From: the human T2T-CHM13v2.0 reference genome, Homo sapiens
Assembly (NCBI RefSeq): GCF_009914755.1
Contig: NC_060934.1
Strand: one strand, 5' to 3'
DNA length: 64,000 nucleotides
Each line of letters opens with the position of its first letter. The first letter of the stretch is position 1. Shown here piece by piece: positions 38,191 to 58,662 of the stretch. The position numbers and the translations under genes are program-made. Below the pieces are notes generated by a model. That model was not told the origin of the DNA and searched no databases. It saw only the letters and a list, made by a program, of their open reading frames with translations.

Positions 38191-38595
38191 CCTATATGGG
38201 AAATTTTTAAATCAGTCCTCTGCTTAAAAGCCACAGCCTCTGCACCAACCCTACACTTGCTCAATCCTGAAAATGAGTGTTTCCTTACATTTTGTACCCT
38301 GGGCCCTTCGCATGTGTTATCCAGCCCATATCTCAACATAACATCTTTCCAGCCTCATCTCCCTCTCCATTATCCCACACCCCATGTATTTTCATGCCTG
38401 TGACCTGGTTAGATGGCCCTCCCTGTCCCTCGCCTCCTCTATCTGCTGAAACACCAATCCTGCAAGACTTCAATAAAATGCCATGTCCTTATAAAACCTT
38501 CACTGATTTCCACCTCTCTCCCTCCCGTGTTAATTGCTCCTCTCCCTATGTATCCATGCCCTTTGTTTGTGCCTATATGGAAATTTGAATTGTTG

Positions 38596-38785
38596 ACTAG
38601 GTGTAGTGGTTCATGCCTGTAATCCCAGCACTTTGGAAGGGTAGGGCAAGAGGATTGGATTGAGCTCAGGAGTTTGAGATCAGCCTTGGCAATATGGTGA
38701 GACCCCATCTCTACAAAAAATTTTAAAAATGAAAGTGAAAATAAATTAGCCAGGTGTGGTAGCAGATGTCTGTAGTCCCTACTTG
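38596..38785 (+). mobile_element. Truncated AluJ
   Basis: Left monomer plus the start of the right monomer. Confidence 0.85.
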
Positions 38786-40632
38786 GGTTCAGAGGGATAT
38801 AACCCTAAATAAGCTTAGTCATCATTAAGGAGCTAGGCCCTGTGGACCCTCCCCATGGGGGTGACTACTTCATCTCTCGGTTTCCCTCTATTTCTGTGGT
38901 TACCTGATTGCTGTTTGATAGTCTGTGGGCTTGTGCATTTAAAGTTTGCTTTTTCAAGGTGTCTGTGAGCTCTGTGGGGGCAGGAGCTCTGCAACCCTAG
39001 GTATCAGAGAACCTAGAACCTATTAGGTGCTGGCACATGTTATGATCAATGACTGAAATCTGAATTTTGTCAGTCTGGTACTCACTTTTTCTGACTGAGC
39101 CTCTAAATTTAGACAGTGCAGTGACTCAGACATAGCAGTTAAACCCTGACCAATATTATTTCATTTATTAAAAAGAATGCATACTTTCTACATTGCTTGT
39201 AAGTCACCAACATTTAACTACTTCCAATGTGTTTTAGTAATATCTTTCTGAGTTGCAATGAAGGCAACCAGGAGGCAACAACTAAAACCTCTGTTTGAAA
39301 GATGAGGAAACTAAAGCTCAGAGAGTGGAAGTGACTCCCTTGGGTCACACAGCAAGTCACTGGCAGCAAAGAAACTAGGACCTAGTTCTATAATCCTTCC
39401 CTCCATCTCCTGCTTCCCAAGTCCAATGCTCTTCCACCCCCAGCCTTCCTGAACCTTCTGAAATGATGTGTTGTTCCCCATTCCCAGTCCCCCAACTCTA
39501 TTATTCAAAGGCCATGATTTTGGCTGTCAGCTGAAAGATCTGCAAATAAATCCCGTTGCATTTCATTTAAGGAAGGGGCTGATTTTTGTGTTGATGTTTT
39601 CATTCGAAGCAATATCTCACTGATGATTCACATGTGGTGACTGCTTAAGAGTATTGAGAGGGATGGGGCCATGTGTTCCAGATGGCAAAAGGTAGGCAGC
39701 AACTGTGCTCAGAATCAGTGAGTTCAACTTTGCAAAATGCGATTCCCAATACAGGGGCTGGCCTTTTCTCTATGGAAATTCTCTGTAATACACATCCACA
39801 AGGACTTTCACCCAAGTCAGTTATTTGCGAACTGCCCATCCTGTGACTAACACCTGTGACTAACCACTAACAAATGGTGCAAACACCCCGATGCCTGCTA
39901 AATTGCATCTCTGGTGACAGAAGCATCCTGGATCCAAAACTACATAAGCCTGTGAGCTCCCTACTTGACCCAGTTCCCATCTCTGTGCCTCCTCCACAGC
40001 TCCTTCTGCTCCGCTCCCGGGAAACTTATCTTTACCTTCAGACTCTTGGTGCAGATGGGGACCTTGCTATGGCCCTGGCAAATGCCATGAGAAGAGTTGG
40101 GTTTTGCCCCAGAGAGAGGATCTCCTTAACTGAATCTTTTATTCTCAGAGAAATAAAGATTGTGGTGAACAATATGCAATCGGATTTTATGAACTGCCAA
40201 GGTTTGAAGACAGTTTCTGTGTCTTTGTAAAATCCAAATGGCACATTTTACTATACGTCCCAGAACCAGATTACACCTCTCTTCCCATCTCCGAAATTCC
40301 CATCCAGTCTTTCCCTCACCAAACTTTATGACTGTAAAATCAGTTTTAAAAGAACCAAAGAGAAAAAACTGCAAACTTAGTGATGAATTACCATGTTCTA
40401 CCTTATCAGTGCCTGTCTAGGTGATCCATGCAGATCCCCCGGCGGTGCAGGCACGATGAGGAAGATCACAATCTGCCACGCACTGGGCTCTGGGATTTGC
40501 CCTCTAACTCACAGGCTTAACTTCCACAAAATGTGACAAGACTGAGTCTGTCAAATCAACCTCTCATTTCTTGGGAGGCATTCTTCTCATACTCACATGA
40601 TTCAAGAGAAGTAACAGTTCATCTTATTTTAC

Positions 40633-40774
40633 CTGCATAAATAATGGCTCCTCTGCTCCAGGAAGGGCAAGAAACATTTCAAAAAGAGCTCCAATCATGT
40701 GTCAGACATCCCCTTGTCAGGCATCCTCCAGGGTCTTCCAACTGCAGCTTCCCATCTCACCACTTCTAAGGCAA
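40633..40774 (-). other. FAM24B: FAM24B 142-nt non-coding 5'UTR exon
   Basis: Strong acceptor ttctcttttcccctctccag|TTGCC and donor ATGCAG|gtaaaa. Confidence 0.8.
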
Positions 40775-40892
40775 CTGGAGAGGGGAAAAGAGAACAGCTC
40801 AAGTACTCTCTAGCTCAGGAAAGGGGAGATCATTCAGCTTGTCAGTTTCTTCAGTCTACAGTGCCTCAGACAGAGGGAGAGCTCAGCTAACA

Positions 40893-41290
40893 TGCTGAGT
40901 TAAACACCCGATAGTAAACTCAATTATTTAAAGTGACAACAAGGCAGCGCTGACGCACAGAGCCACCAGGCTGAGAACATTTTATTTACAAGCTCACAGC
41001 CCCAAAACAGAAGGTAAAAAAGCCAAGAGTGTACATAAACATGCCTTTGCCTTTCAACCTCTCCTGCTGTTCTTGACCTGAACCATATGTGGCTGCCACA
41101 GCAAAGAATGCCCCTGCTGAAGCAGAGAGTGTCCAGGTATCCCATTTGAAGGGATGTCCCTCATTGTTAAGTGACTCACATCTTTGCCATGGCACATTAC
41201 AAGGAGACACAATCAGCACAGGGGCAGCACCCAGGAAGAGACCAAAACCAACTACGATCTCTGTCCCAAGACCAGCAGTCTCACCCAACT
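40893..41290 (-). pseudogene. Decayed FAM24 paralog: first coding exon (about 41180-41290) plus homologous downstream intron
   Basis: 40893-41179 is colinear with FAM24B intron 35101-35376 and ends at the same gtgagtcac donor. The exon reads GLGTEIVVGFGLFLGAAPVLIVS, resembling FAM24 N-termini. Confidence 0.7.
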
Positions 41291-41959
41291 TGTGGTGGCT
41301 TACTTTGTGAAAAGCCAAATATCATCTATGAGGAGCTAAGCAGACAGTGCCAATTATGTTCCCCGTGTAGCAAACAAGCAACCTGTCCTGCTGTTCTTGA
41401 CCTGAACCATCTGTGGCTGCTGCAGCAAGGAGTGACCCTGCTGAAGCAGAGTGTCAGTGCGGGGAGTCAGCGGTGCCTGCCTTCAAGGGGCAGCCTGGGG
41501 GAGGTCATAAAGCCCTGATTCTGCAGCTCAATCCCAATGAGAACGGCCTTTGACACTGGAACGACCAGACAGCAAAAGCATCTGAATATCTTTCCCACTT
41601 CCAGTGTGCTGAGGCCTCAGTCTCAGTCTAGCCATGCTGGGGAGTCTGCAGGGGTCTCTTCTTCTTTCCCTGGGCCTAAATCAGGACTGCAGAGCATCCT
41701 CACTGGCCTCAAAGGTTCCTTCTCCAGCCCCCTCTCCCCTGGACAGACCCATTGCATGTTGCAAAGAGATGTAGACAGTGATTACAGATTGATCTTCATT
41801 TCACTTGGACTGAGAAAAATCACCCTGGGTTACTGCTGCTTCCCTCAGCCACTATATCCCTCCCTCCACTTCCCACCTTTAAACACCAGTGGCCTCATGA
41901 TGTCCCTAAGCTGCCAGCCCCCCAGAGCCAGGCCCAGCCCTGCATTTACATTTCATTGG

Positions 41960-42352
41960 ATGGAGACAAACAGAATTTGGTTGTTTGTGATTGTAGGAAT
42001 GAGGTTCCTATTTCTTGCTGGCTAATGGCCCAAAGCCACTCTCAGCTCCTACAGGCCACCCACTCACAGGCCCTCTCACTCCAAAGCAGTTTACTTCTCC
42101 TTCCCAGGCTAGGAGTAAAGCCTCTCTCTGATGCTCCACCCACCTTTAAAAGGGCTCAACTAATAAGGTCAGATCTACCCAGATAATCTCTATTTTGATT
42201 AGCTCAAAGTCAGCTGTTTAGTAACCTAGACACAAGAGTGACATTCCATCATATTCGCTGGTCCAGCCTACCCTCTAGGGGATAAGAATATACAGGATAT
42301 CTGCATGGGGGAGCTGGAATCTTGGGGGTCATCAGAGAACTTTGCCTACCAT
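41960..42352. mobile_element. MLT1-type MaLR LTR
   Basis: tttaaaagggctcaactaataaggtcagatctacccagataatctc...tttgcctacca. Confidence 0.7.
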
Positions 42353-42985
42353 GAGGTTACTATGTTCCACTTATAAAAGGGAACCATTTTGGTCCAAAAC
42401 ATGAAGCCAACGAGCTTTGCTGCAATTCAATTTTCACTATTCTTTCTTGCTATTACATAAGTCAGTCTTTAAAGCAATAAATATTGAATTGCTGTCTAAT
42501 CCATTTACACTTCACAACTGGTCATTTCTCTTACTACATTCAAATACGTTTATAAAACTCAAATTATCAATACAACACTGGGAAACTTTACCTCTGCTCC
42601 ACAAAGGCAGTTTTGCTGTACTTGTGTATTTATGGTACTTATGTATCTGTTTCCTTGTATTTCTCTAGTTTTGTCATTTTCTCCAAAGCACTCATCATTC
42701 AAACTTGCCTCCAGTCAAGTTTTGAGGCTTTAATGACAAGAAGAATGTTATAAACTCTTGAGGAAGTACAAACCCTTCAAACTCACATTTCTAGGCCTTA
42801 AACTGTCAAACTGAAGCTTTGAAAAGGAACAAAAGAAAACATTATCAGTTTACTTTTATGTCCCCCAAATGGGCTGGAAGTGCGTGTCAGTGCCTGCTGA
42901 CCACCTGACAACTACTCAGGCACTGGCAAGGCTGGCTCTGAATGCTCTGACGATTCACATGTGGTGACTACTTAAGAGTGTAACT

Positions 42986-43551
42986 TTCCTCAAGGATCTA
43001 GAGCTAGAAATACCATTTGACCCAGCCATCCCATTACTGGGTATATACCCAAAGGATTATAAATCATGCTGCTATAAAGACACATACACACATAGGTTTA
43101 TTGAGGCACTATTCACAATAGCAAAGACTTGGAACCAACCCAAATGTCCATCAATGATAGACTGGATTAAGAAAATGTGGCACATATACACCATGGAATA
43201 CTATGCAGCCATAAAAAATGATGAATTCATGTCCTTTGTAGGGACATGGATGAAGCTGGAAACCATCATTCTCAGCAAACTATCGCAAGGACAAAAAACC
43301 AAACACCTCATGTTCTCACTCATAGGCGGGAACTGAACGATGAGAACACTTGGACACAGGAAGGGGAACATCACACACCGGGGCCTATCGTTGGGTGAGG
43401 GGAGGGGGGAGGGATAGCATTAGGAGATATACCTAATGTAAATGACGAGTTAATGGGTGCAGCACACCAACATGGCACATGTATACATATGTAACAAACC
43501 TGCATGTTGTGCATATGTACCCTAGAACTTAAAGTGTAATAATAAAAAAAA
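42986..43551 (+). mobile_element. 5'-truncated L1PA5-like 3' end
   Basis: ORF2 C-terminus [10 protein letters not shown]...LIGGN; TSD aagagtgtaact (42974-42985) / aagagtgtcact (43552-43563). Confidence 0.92.
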
Positions 43552-44611
43552 AAGAGTGTCACTGTGCCCCTGCGCATCCCTCCCCATACACACCTGTGCC
43601 CACAGCAGGAGATCACTCCTCCTGCATTCTTGAATGTGCACCTTCGGGTCCTGAAGCAGGAAAGTTCTAGGAACTGGGGAAAGACCACAGAGAGTGGTTA
43701 CCCAGGTAGCCCTCACTGTCTGTGGGGCACACAGAGCCTCTGAATCCTTCTAAACATGGTGTCCCAGTACCAGCGAGAAGTACCCCTTGGGCTGGTGCTC
43801 CCCAGAGACTACAGAGGGAGCATGCTAAGGCTTCAGGGCACCCCACCCTCCCTGGCAGTTATGCAACAGACTTCTGTGAGCAAAATCTGAACACGGTTCC
43901 TCTAGGGATCTGACAATATATTAAATTTCCTTAGGAAAGATGCTTTTTTCTTCTTGCAGACTTCAGGTTTCCATCAGCGGTTCCTCTTCCAGGACTCAGG
44001 AAACTAGGCTCCCACAGAATTGCCCATCCTTGGTCTCTCTGCATCTTTTGGATGGAAGTGGACAGCACACATAAGACAAGGCAAGAACTGACTGATTCTA
44101 CTGGTAAAGACACAGTAATCCACTTCTTGATTCAGATGGTTTAGTACTCAGACACTGAAAGAGAGATTAGCCAAAGGCACCCCAATCCCTGTTCCACACT
44201 CCAAATAGGATGACACCAAACAAAACACGTTGGATGACTGCGATGTGAGTTGTGGGATAATCTGTTGCTAAGGAGCCAATTCTATATTGAAGCTAAGTGG
44301 TTTAATATTCTAAAGTTGTATTCTGATGGAAGCATGGCAGAAAGCTTTATACCTTATCAGAACAGAGGCAGCCATTACGAACTGACTCATGAGAGCCTCC
44401 CAGAGAAGAGAAGATGGTGAGTGAGAGATGGCCTTGTTGCAGCTCCTTACAAGCCTCTCAAATCCTTCTTGATCCTGGAGGATCAAAGGCATTCCACCAA
44501 GCCTCAGATTAACTAGGGTTCAGACCTTGTCTTGCATGGCCAGAAAGGTGGAAAGGTGCAAGGTTGCCAGGGTGCAATGGCAGAGCCATTCCCTTACATA
44601 CTCTTGTACCA

Positions 44612-44995
44612 ACTGTCATAGGTCAGGAACCTAGAAAACAAACTCTGACACAGAGGCTTGTGTACAGGAGGCTCCCTGGGGAGTGTATTCAAAATCCACC
44701 CCTGTGAGGGGTGAGGGAAGCAGGACTGAAGGGTCAATGAACTATGAAGCAGCTGCAATAAAAGGTTCCCACCAATTCCCTGGAGAGTTTAAGGCTAGGC
44801 TGGCCCTTCCGAGATGCCCCATTGAGGCAGTGTGCTCAGACCTTTATATGCCTATATTGACTAGTCACTGGATGAGGAGTTGTTCAAGGAGGGCCTGTGA
44901 AGTTGTTCAAGACAACTGTCTTGAATTCCTGGAGAGCAGTGGCACTGAGAGCCATCAGCTGCCAACACTCCCGGCAGCTTGTATTTTGTCCTGGC
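44612..44995. mobile_element. Old MaLR/ERVL LTR remnant
   Basis: tgtcataggtcaggaacc...ccctggagagtttaaggctaggctggcccttc. Confidence 0.55.
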
Positions 44996-45029
44996 ACAGC
45001 CCCTTCCACCAACATTTTGGTCTGACTTT

Positions 45030-46775
45030 TTTTTTTTAACTTGCACACAGTAAAGTTCGCTCTTTGTGATGTACAGTAGTATGGGTTTTGACAAATGCAC
45101 AGAATCAGGTATTTGTCCACAACAATACCATAAAGAACAGTTCCATCACCTTAAAAAGTTCCCTTCTGTGGCCCCTACAGTCAGCTTCTCCCCTATATGC
45201 CACCACTTGGCAACCATGGATCAATTTTCCATCCTTTTGTTTTGGGTTTGCAGATTGTCATATAAACTAAATCATATTATACTTAGCCTTTTGGACCTGG
45301 CGTTGTGCACTTAAGAAAATGCATTTAATATTTGTATATCGATAGTTTTTTAGGGTGAAGTACTATTCTGTTGTTTGACTGGACCACAGTTTATCCATTC
45401 ATACATTGAAGGACATGTGGATTTATTTCCAGGTTTTGACAATTATAAAAAAGCTGCTATAATACATCCCATACCAGTTTTTGTGTGAATGTAAGTTTTC
45501 AGTTCATTTGGTAAATACCTAAGGGTAGAATTGCTGGGTTGTGTATTCAGTGTATGTCTGACTTTATAAAAAACTGCCAAACTGTTTTACAGAGTGGTTG
45601 TATCATTTTTTATTCTCACTAGCAATGAAGTTGAATTCTAGCAGCTATGTTAATTTGTCAGCATTTGATAATGTCAGAGGACTTTTTTGTTTGCTTGCTT
45701 GTCATTCTAACACATCTGAAGTGGTATCTGGCTGTTATTATTTGATTTATTACTAATAATTTTGAGCATCTTTTCATATGCTTATTTGCCATCCATATGC
45801 TTATTGGTAGATAACTTCCTTGATAAAGTATCTTTTTAGCTCTTTTGCTTATTTCCTGAAATTAGGTATTTACTTTATTATTCAGTTTTTAGAGTTCCTT
45901 CTTTATATGCTCTGGATCTAAGCCCTTTATGAAATATGTGATTTGCAAATATTTTCTCCTAGTCTATGGCTTTTCTTTTCATTCTTTTAAGTGTGTCTTC
46001 AATAAAGCAAATTTTTAATTAGATAAATTCCAATTTATCCTTTTATTCATTGATTACATTTTTGTTGTCATATCTAAAATGTCATTGCCAAACCCACTGT
46101 CATACAGATTTTCTCCTATTTTCTTCTGTATGTTTTATAGTTTTATATTTTACATTTAGGTCTACAATTCATATTGCTTTAGTTTTTGTAAATGAGGTAT
46201 ATGTTGAGGTTCATTTTTTGGTGCACGAACATCCAACTGGTTTACAAAAACTTTGCCTTTGAAAATTTTTCAAAAATCATCTTATTTTTGTGGATCTATT
46301 TCTGGGCTCTCCATTCTGTTCCACTGATCTATGTCAAACTGCATTGATCACTGTAGCTTCAAAATAAGTCTTAAAATTAATAGTGTGAGTCCTTAAACTT
46401 TGTTATTTTTCAGTTTGTTTTGGCTATTCTAATTCCTTTGCCTCTTTGTATACATTTTAGAATAAACTTGTAGCTATCTACAAAAACTTTCTACATTGAA
46501 TCTGTAGATCAAATTGGGGAGAATTGACATCTTCATAGTGGATTTTCCTATCCATAAACATGGACTATCGCCATTTATTTAGATATTCTTTGATTAATTT
46601 CCATCAATGTTTTATAATACTCAGAATACAGATCCTACCTAAAGTTTATTAGATTTATACCTAAATGCTTCTTTAACTTTTAGTGCTATTGTAAACAGTA
46701 TTATTTTCAAATTTCAAATTCCAATTGTTCATTGCTGGTACACATGAGCAGTGAATTTTTATATATTGACATCAT
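45030..46775 (-). mobile_element. Old L1M fragment
   Basis: Antisense L1 3' and ORF2 motifs. Confidence 0.85.
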
Positions 46776-46809
46776 TGCTGAGCTCACATCCTGAGCCACT
46801 GGGACATTC

Positions 46810-47400
46810 TTTAAAAACTAGTCAGCCATATCATTTTTCCTGCTCTAACAGTACCCACTGACCTTAGGGTAAAATCCAAACTCCTTATCTGACCTACACA
46901 GACCTTCATAATCTGACCTACACGGACCTTCATAATCTGACCATTTACCTGCCTCTCTTTTCTGTCACCACCTCCCATCTTGCTTTCTTTCACTGACATT
47001 CAAGCCACAATGGCCCTCCTTCCCTTACTGTGCAGACATGCCCAGTTGCTTCCTGCCTCAAGGCCTTAGCCCTTGTCTGTTTCTTTGCCTAACATGCACC
47101 AGCCCCTCCCCAAGACATGTCACACCTGAGTGCATTCCTCTTTATGTCTTTGCTAAAATTTCCCCTTCTCAAAATGGCATTCCTTGGCCATATTATTGAA
47201 CCCCCACCTACAAGACACCCTCTATCTTATCACCTTGTTTAATTAGATTCTAAACAGCAATTATAATTTAATTTTGGTTTATTTACTGTGTGTCTCTCCT
47301 ATTTAGAATATAAATGCCATGACAACATGGACCGTCTCTCATGTTCATTTCAATGTTCACATTCCCTAGAATAAGACTCAGTAAGTATACACATTTTAGA
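46810..47400 (+). mobile_element. L2 fragment containing a 24-bp tandem duplication (46887-46942)
   Basis: cttagggtaaaatccaaactcctt L2 motif; atctgacctacac(a/g)gaccttcata x2.3. Confidence 0.65.
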
Positions 47401-50400
47401 AATCTGGAGGAGAAAGAAGAGAAAAAAGAAAAGTAAATACATGAAGTTATTAACAGTGATTGTCTATACGTGGTTGGGATTGTGGAATTTTATTATTTTT
47501 CTTTTCAGTGTATTTCTTATTTTTCTATAATAAACATGTACTGTTCTTCAAATGAGTTATTTTTAAGGAAAAATAAATGAATAAAAGGCCTTTGTTTTCA
47601 GGGACTTTTCAGCCAATAATAAGCAAAATGGTTCCTGCATTATATATGGAGATTATAAAGAATAAGTCAGGTTCATTACAAACTGGGTTTTTTAACACAA
47701 ATGCAAATAATAATTCTTCTAATATAACAATGTTCCTTCTGCCTTATATTTTCTTTGCTCTTTTAAGGACTATACACAAAGACATCATAACTACTTTTCT
47801 CTCCAGGTGTCCAAATGGGAGAAACCAATTGCTGATGGTATTTAGCTAAATGACTGTGTAAGAATCACCTGTGGAAGGTATATTCCCACTCACTGTGTGG
47901 CCAACTCTTCTTAGTACCAAGTGCAGTCTCTATCAAGCAAATCAAGCAGAAGGGCCAGCTTGGGAGGGGACAGGCTAAAGGAAACCCATGAAGCATTGAA
48001 TCTGAGCTCAATTTCAATGAGAACCATTCCTGAACAGTGGAAAGACCAGAGACATCAGAACCATCTTTCCCACTTCCATTAAGCCAAGGCATTTGGTCTT
48101 ATCACCAGGACATGTAGCTTTTTGGCCATGTTGAAGAATCTCTGTGGAAAGAATTCAGCTGCTCCTACCTACAGGTAACAGTAACATCCACAATCACAAA
48201 GTAATAGCTGATATTACACTGATTGATGACTTCATGCCTGGCACTAGCTCTTAGATATTTCATTCTCTTAAGAGACCCTATGAGGTAGGTAATACTATTA
48301 TCATCCCCATTTTCTTAATGGAGGCAATAACAAATGGGAAAACATGGACATATGGAGGTTAGGAATTTGTCCAAGGCCATACAGCTAGCAGGGAAAAGGG
48401 CCAGGAATTGAACTCAGCAAATCTGGTTCCAGAGGCAGGCTATAAACCTCAAGACTAGTGGCTAGCAAACTGTATGTGCATTCAAATCAGCTACAGAGCT
48501 TTCAAAAGTCTTTTTAGAACAGTTTTCTATTTATTTTTAAATTGAGTAGATAGGACAGAATTCCCATATGTCCCTCTCCCCTGCTCACATACACTGTTAT
48601 TTTATTTTATTCAATCTGTCCTGTTTAGTTCTGTTTAATTCCTTAGTGAATACTTCATTTACACTGATTCACTGAAGTAACAACCTCAAAACTTCATTAC
48701 CATCCATAGGCGTAGCCTCAGATGATGTTGCCAGGGCTCTTTACCAACATCTCCTGACTGTTTTTCCATTTTCAGGCTGGCCCCCTCCACATACTGGGCC
48801 AGTGTCGGCTACAAGCCCACATCCTTAAGATCTATGATCTAAAAAGGAGAGAGATAATGTCCTTTTCCAGCAGGCACAAATCCTACAAAAGGACTTTGGT
48901 CTTCCCTGGATCACCTGCCCTTGAATTGTACCAGTCCCTGTGGAAAAAGGGACAAGGGCCCATGATCTTGTTCAGGTCAGGGTCACATGCACTGTCACTG
49001 ATAACTCCTGCCACAATCACAATGGATAAGTGGTGAAGCTCATCCCAAAACAACACATGAAAAACATGTGTTGTTTCAGAGCAAACTGAAACAACACATG
49101 TTCACTGTATAAAGCAAGAGTGAAAAACATGAAGTTGTTGAAAAAATTTAGCATTACAGTAATTTTATTCTGACCATTTAATACAAGAAAGCCAAATAGG
49201 AATTCAAGTTTTCACCTTTATTTTTGGCATTGATGAATAATGAAGAACCTTAGCTTCTTCATACTTCCACAGTTACTGGAGTTAAAACAATCAGGTATTA
49301 CATATTTCACTTGCTTTTTTAAAAGTTCTCCTAAAAAGCTGTGAGAATTCTACACCAGCATGGGTCACTGTTGCATAATATCACTGAGGTCTGTTGCGTG
49401 TACTACTTTTCACAAGCAAAGGAAAAATGATGGATTTTTTGAGTAACTTTTGTATACATATTTAGGTACTACACTTTTACTAATAAAAGTAACTTTGACA
49501 AGAAAAAACATCTTGTATTACTGTGGTGCATTTGTTACAATTAATGGGACAATATTAATATATTAACTAAGTTCGGTAATTTATATTCAGTTTTCTCACT
49601 CTGTGTGTACAGTCCTATAGGTCTGGACAAATGCACATATCCACCATTATAGTATCACATGCAGATTAATTTTGCCCCCAAAATCCCATGCTTCACTTAT
49701 TCAACATTACCCTTCTCCTTTCCCCCTGCCAGACCCTGGCAACCATTCTTTTAATTGTCCCTGTAGTGTTGCCTTATCCAGAATGTCACATAGTTGGAAC
49801 CATATAGTATGTAGCCTTTTAAGGCTAACTGGTTTCAACTGGCAATGTACACTTAAGGTTTCTCCATGTCATTTTGTTACTTGCTAGCTCATTTATTTTT
49901 ATCACGGAATAATATTCCATTATATGAAAATACCAGTTTCTTTAGTTACCTACTGAAGGACATCTTAGTTGCTTCCAGCTTTTGCCAATTATGAATAAAG
50001 CCACTATAAAAATTCATATGCAGGTTTTTGTGTACCCATAGATTTTCAGCTCAGCTGGATAAATAACTAGGAGTCCAACTGCTGAGTCATTATGTACCAT
50101 TTAAAATTCCAACCAGCAGTGAATAAGAATTCCTGGTGCTGTGCATACCCACCAGCATCATTTGGATTGTCAGGTTTTGTTTTTTTATTTTAGCCATTCT
50201 AATACATACTTGTTAAGTATGATGTTAGCTGTAGGTTGTTTGTACATGTTCTTTATTAACCTGAAGAAGTTTCCATCTATTTCTAGTTTGCTGAATTTTT
50301 TTTATGATGAAGGGGTGTTGAATTTTCTCAAATCCTCTTTTCTGCATCTATTGATATGATTTTTATTCTTTTATTCTTTATGTGATAGGTTACACTAATT

Positions 50401-50898
50401 GGTTTTCAATATTCAACCAGAAACATACTAGAATACCTTACACACCTGGAGTAACTCCCACTTGGTGTTGATATATAATACTTTTTCTACTTGTTGGATT
50501 CTGTTTGATATTTTGTTGAGGATTTTTGCATCTGTGTTCATGAGAGGTATTGGTCTGTATGTTTCCATTCTCCTAATGATTTTATTTTGCTTTGGTGTTA
50601 GGGTAATGCTGGCCTCATATAATGAATTAGGAAGTGTTTCTGTGCTTCTATTTTCTGGATAAAACTGCATAAAATTTGTATTATTTTTGCCACAAATGTT
50701 TGGGAAAATTCACAAGTGAACTCATCTGGTCCTGGTGCTTTATTTTTTTGGAAGAGTAATTATTAATTTTTTTTTTTACTAGATATAGGCCTATTTAGAT
50801 TATCTATTTCTCCTTTCTAAGTTTGGGTACATTGTATCTTTCAGGAAATTGATCCATTTCATCTGTTATCAAATTCGGAGACAGCTGTTTGTATTATT

Positions 50899-51188
<290 letters not shown>

Positions 51189-51409
51189 CTCCTTTTTTAT
51201 CCTTTTAATGCCTGTGGAATCAATACTAATGGTCCTGCTTTCATTTCTAATATTAATAATTTGTGTCTTTTTTAGTCTGACCAGAGGCCTATCAACTTTA
51301 TCTATCTTTTCAAAGAACCAGCTTTTGATTTCATTGGTTTTTTCTTTGTCAATTTCATTGATTTTTGCTGATTTTTATTACGTCTTCTCTTCTGCTTGTT
51401 TTAGGTATA

Positions 51410-58662
<7,253 letters not shown>

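Noticed and set aside
39645-40374. Exon-like unique sequence with short ORFs on both strands; considered as a CUB or spermadhesin relic
   Set aside because: Cysteine and tryptophan spacing do not convincingly fit a CUB domain in any single frame
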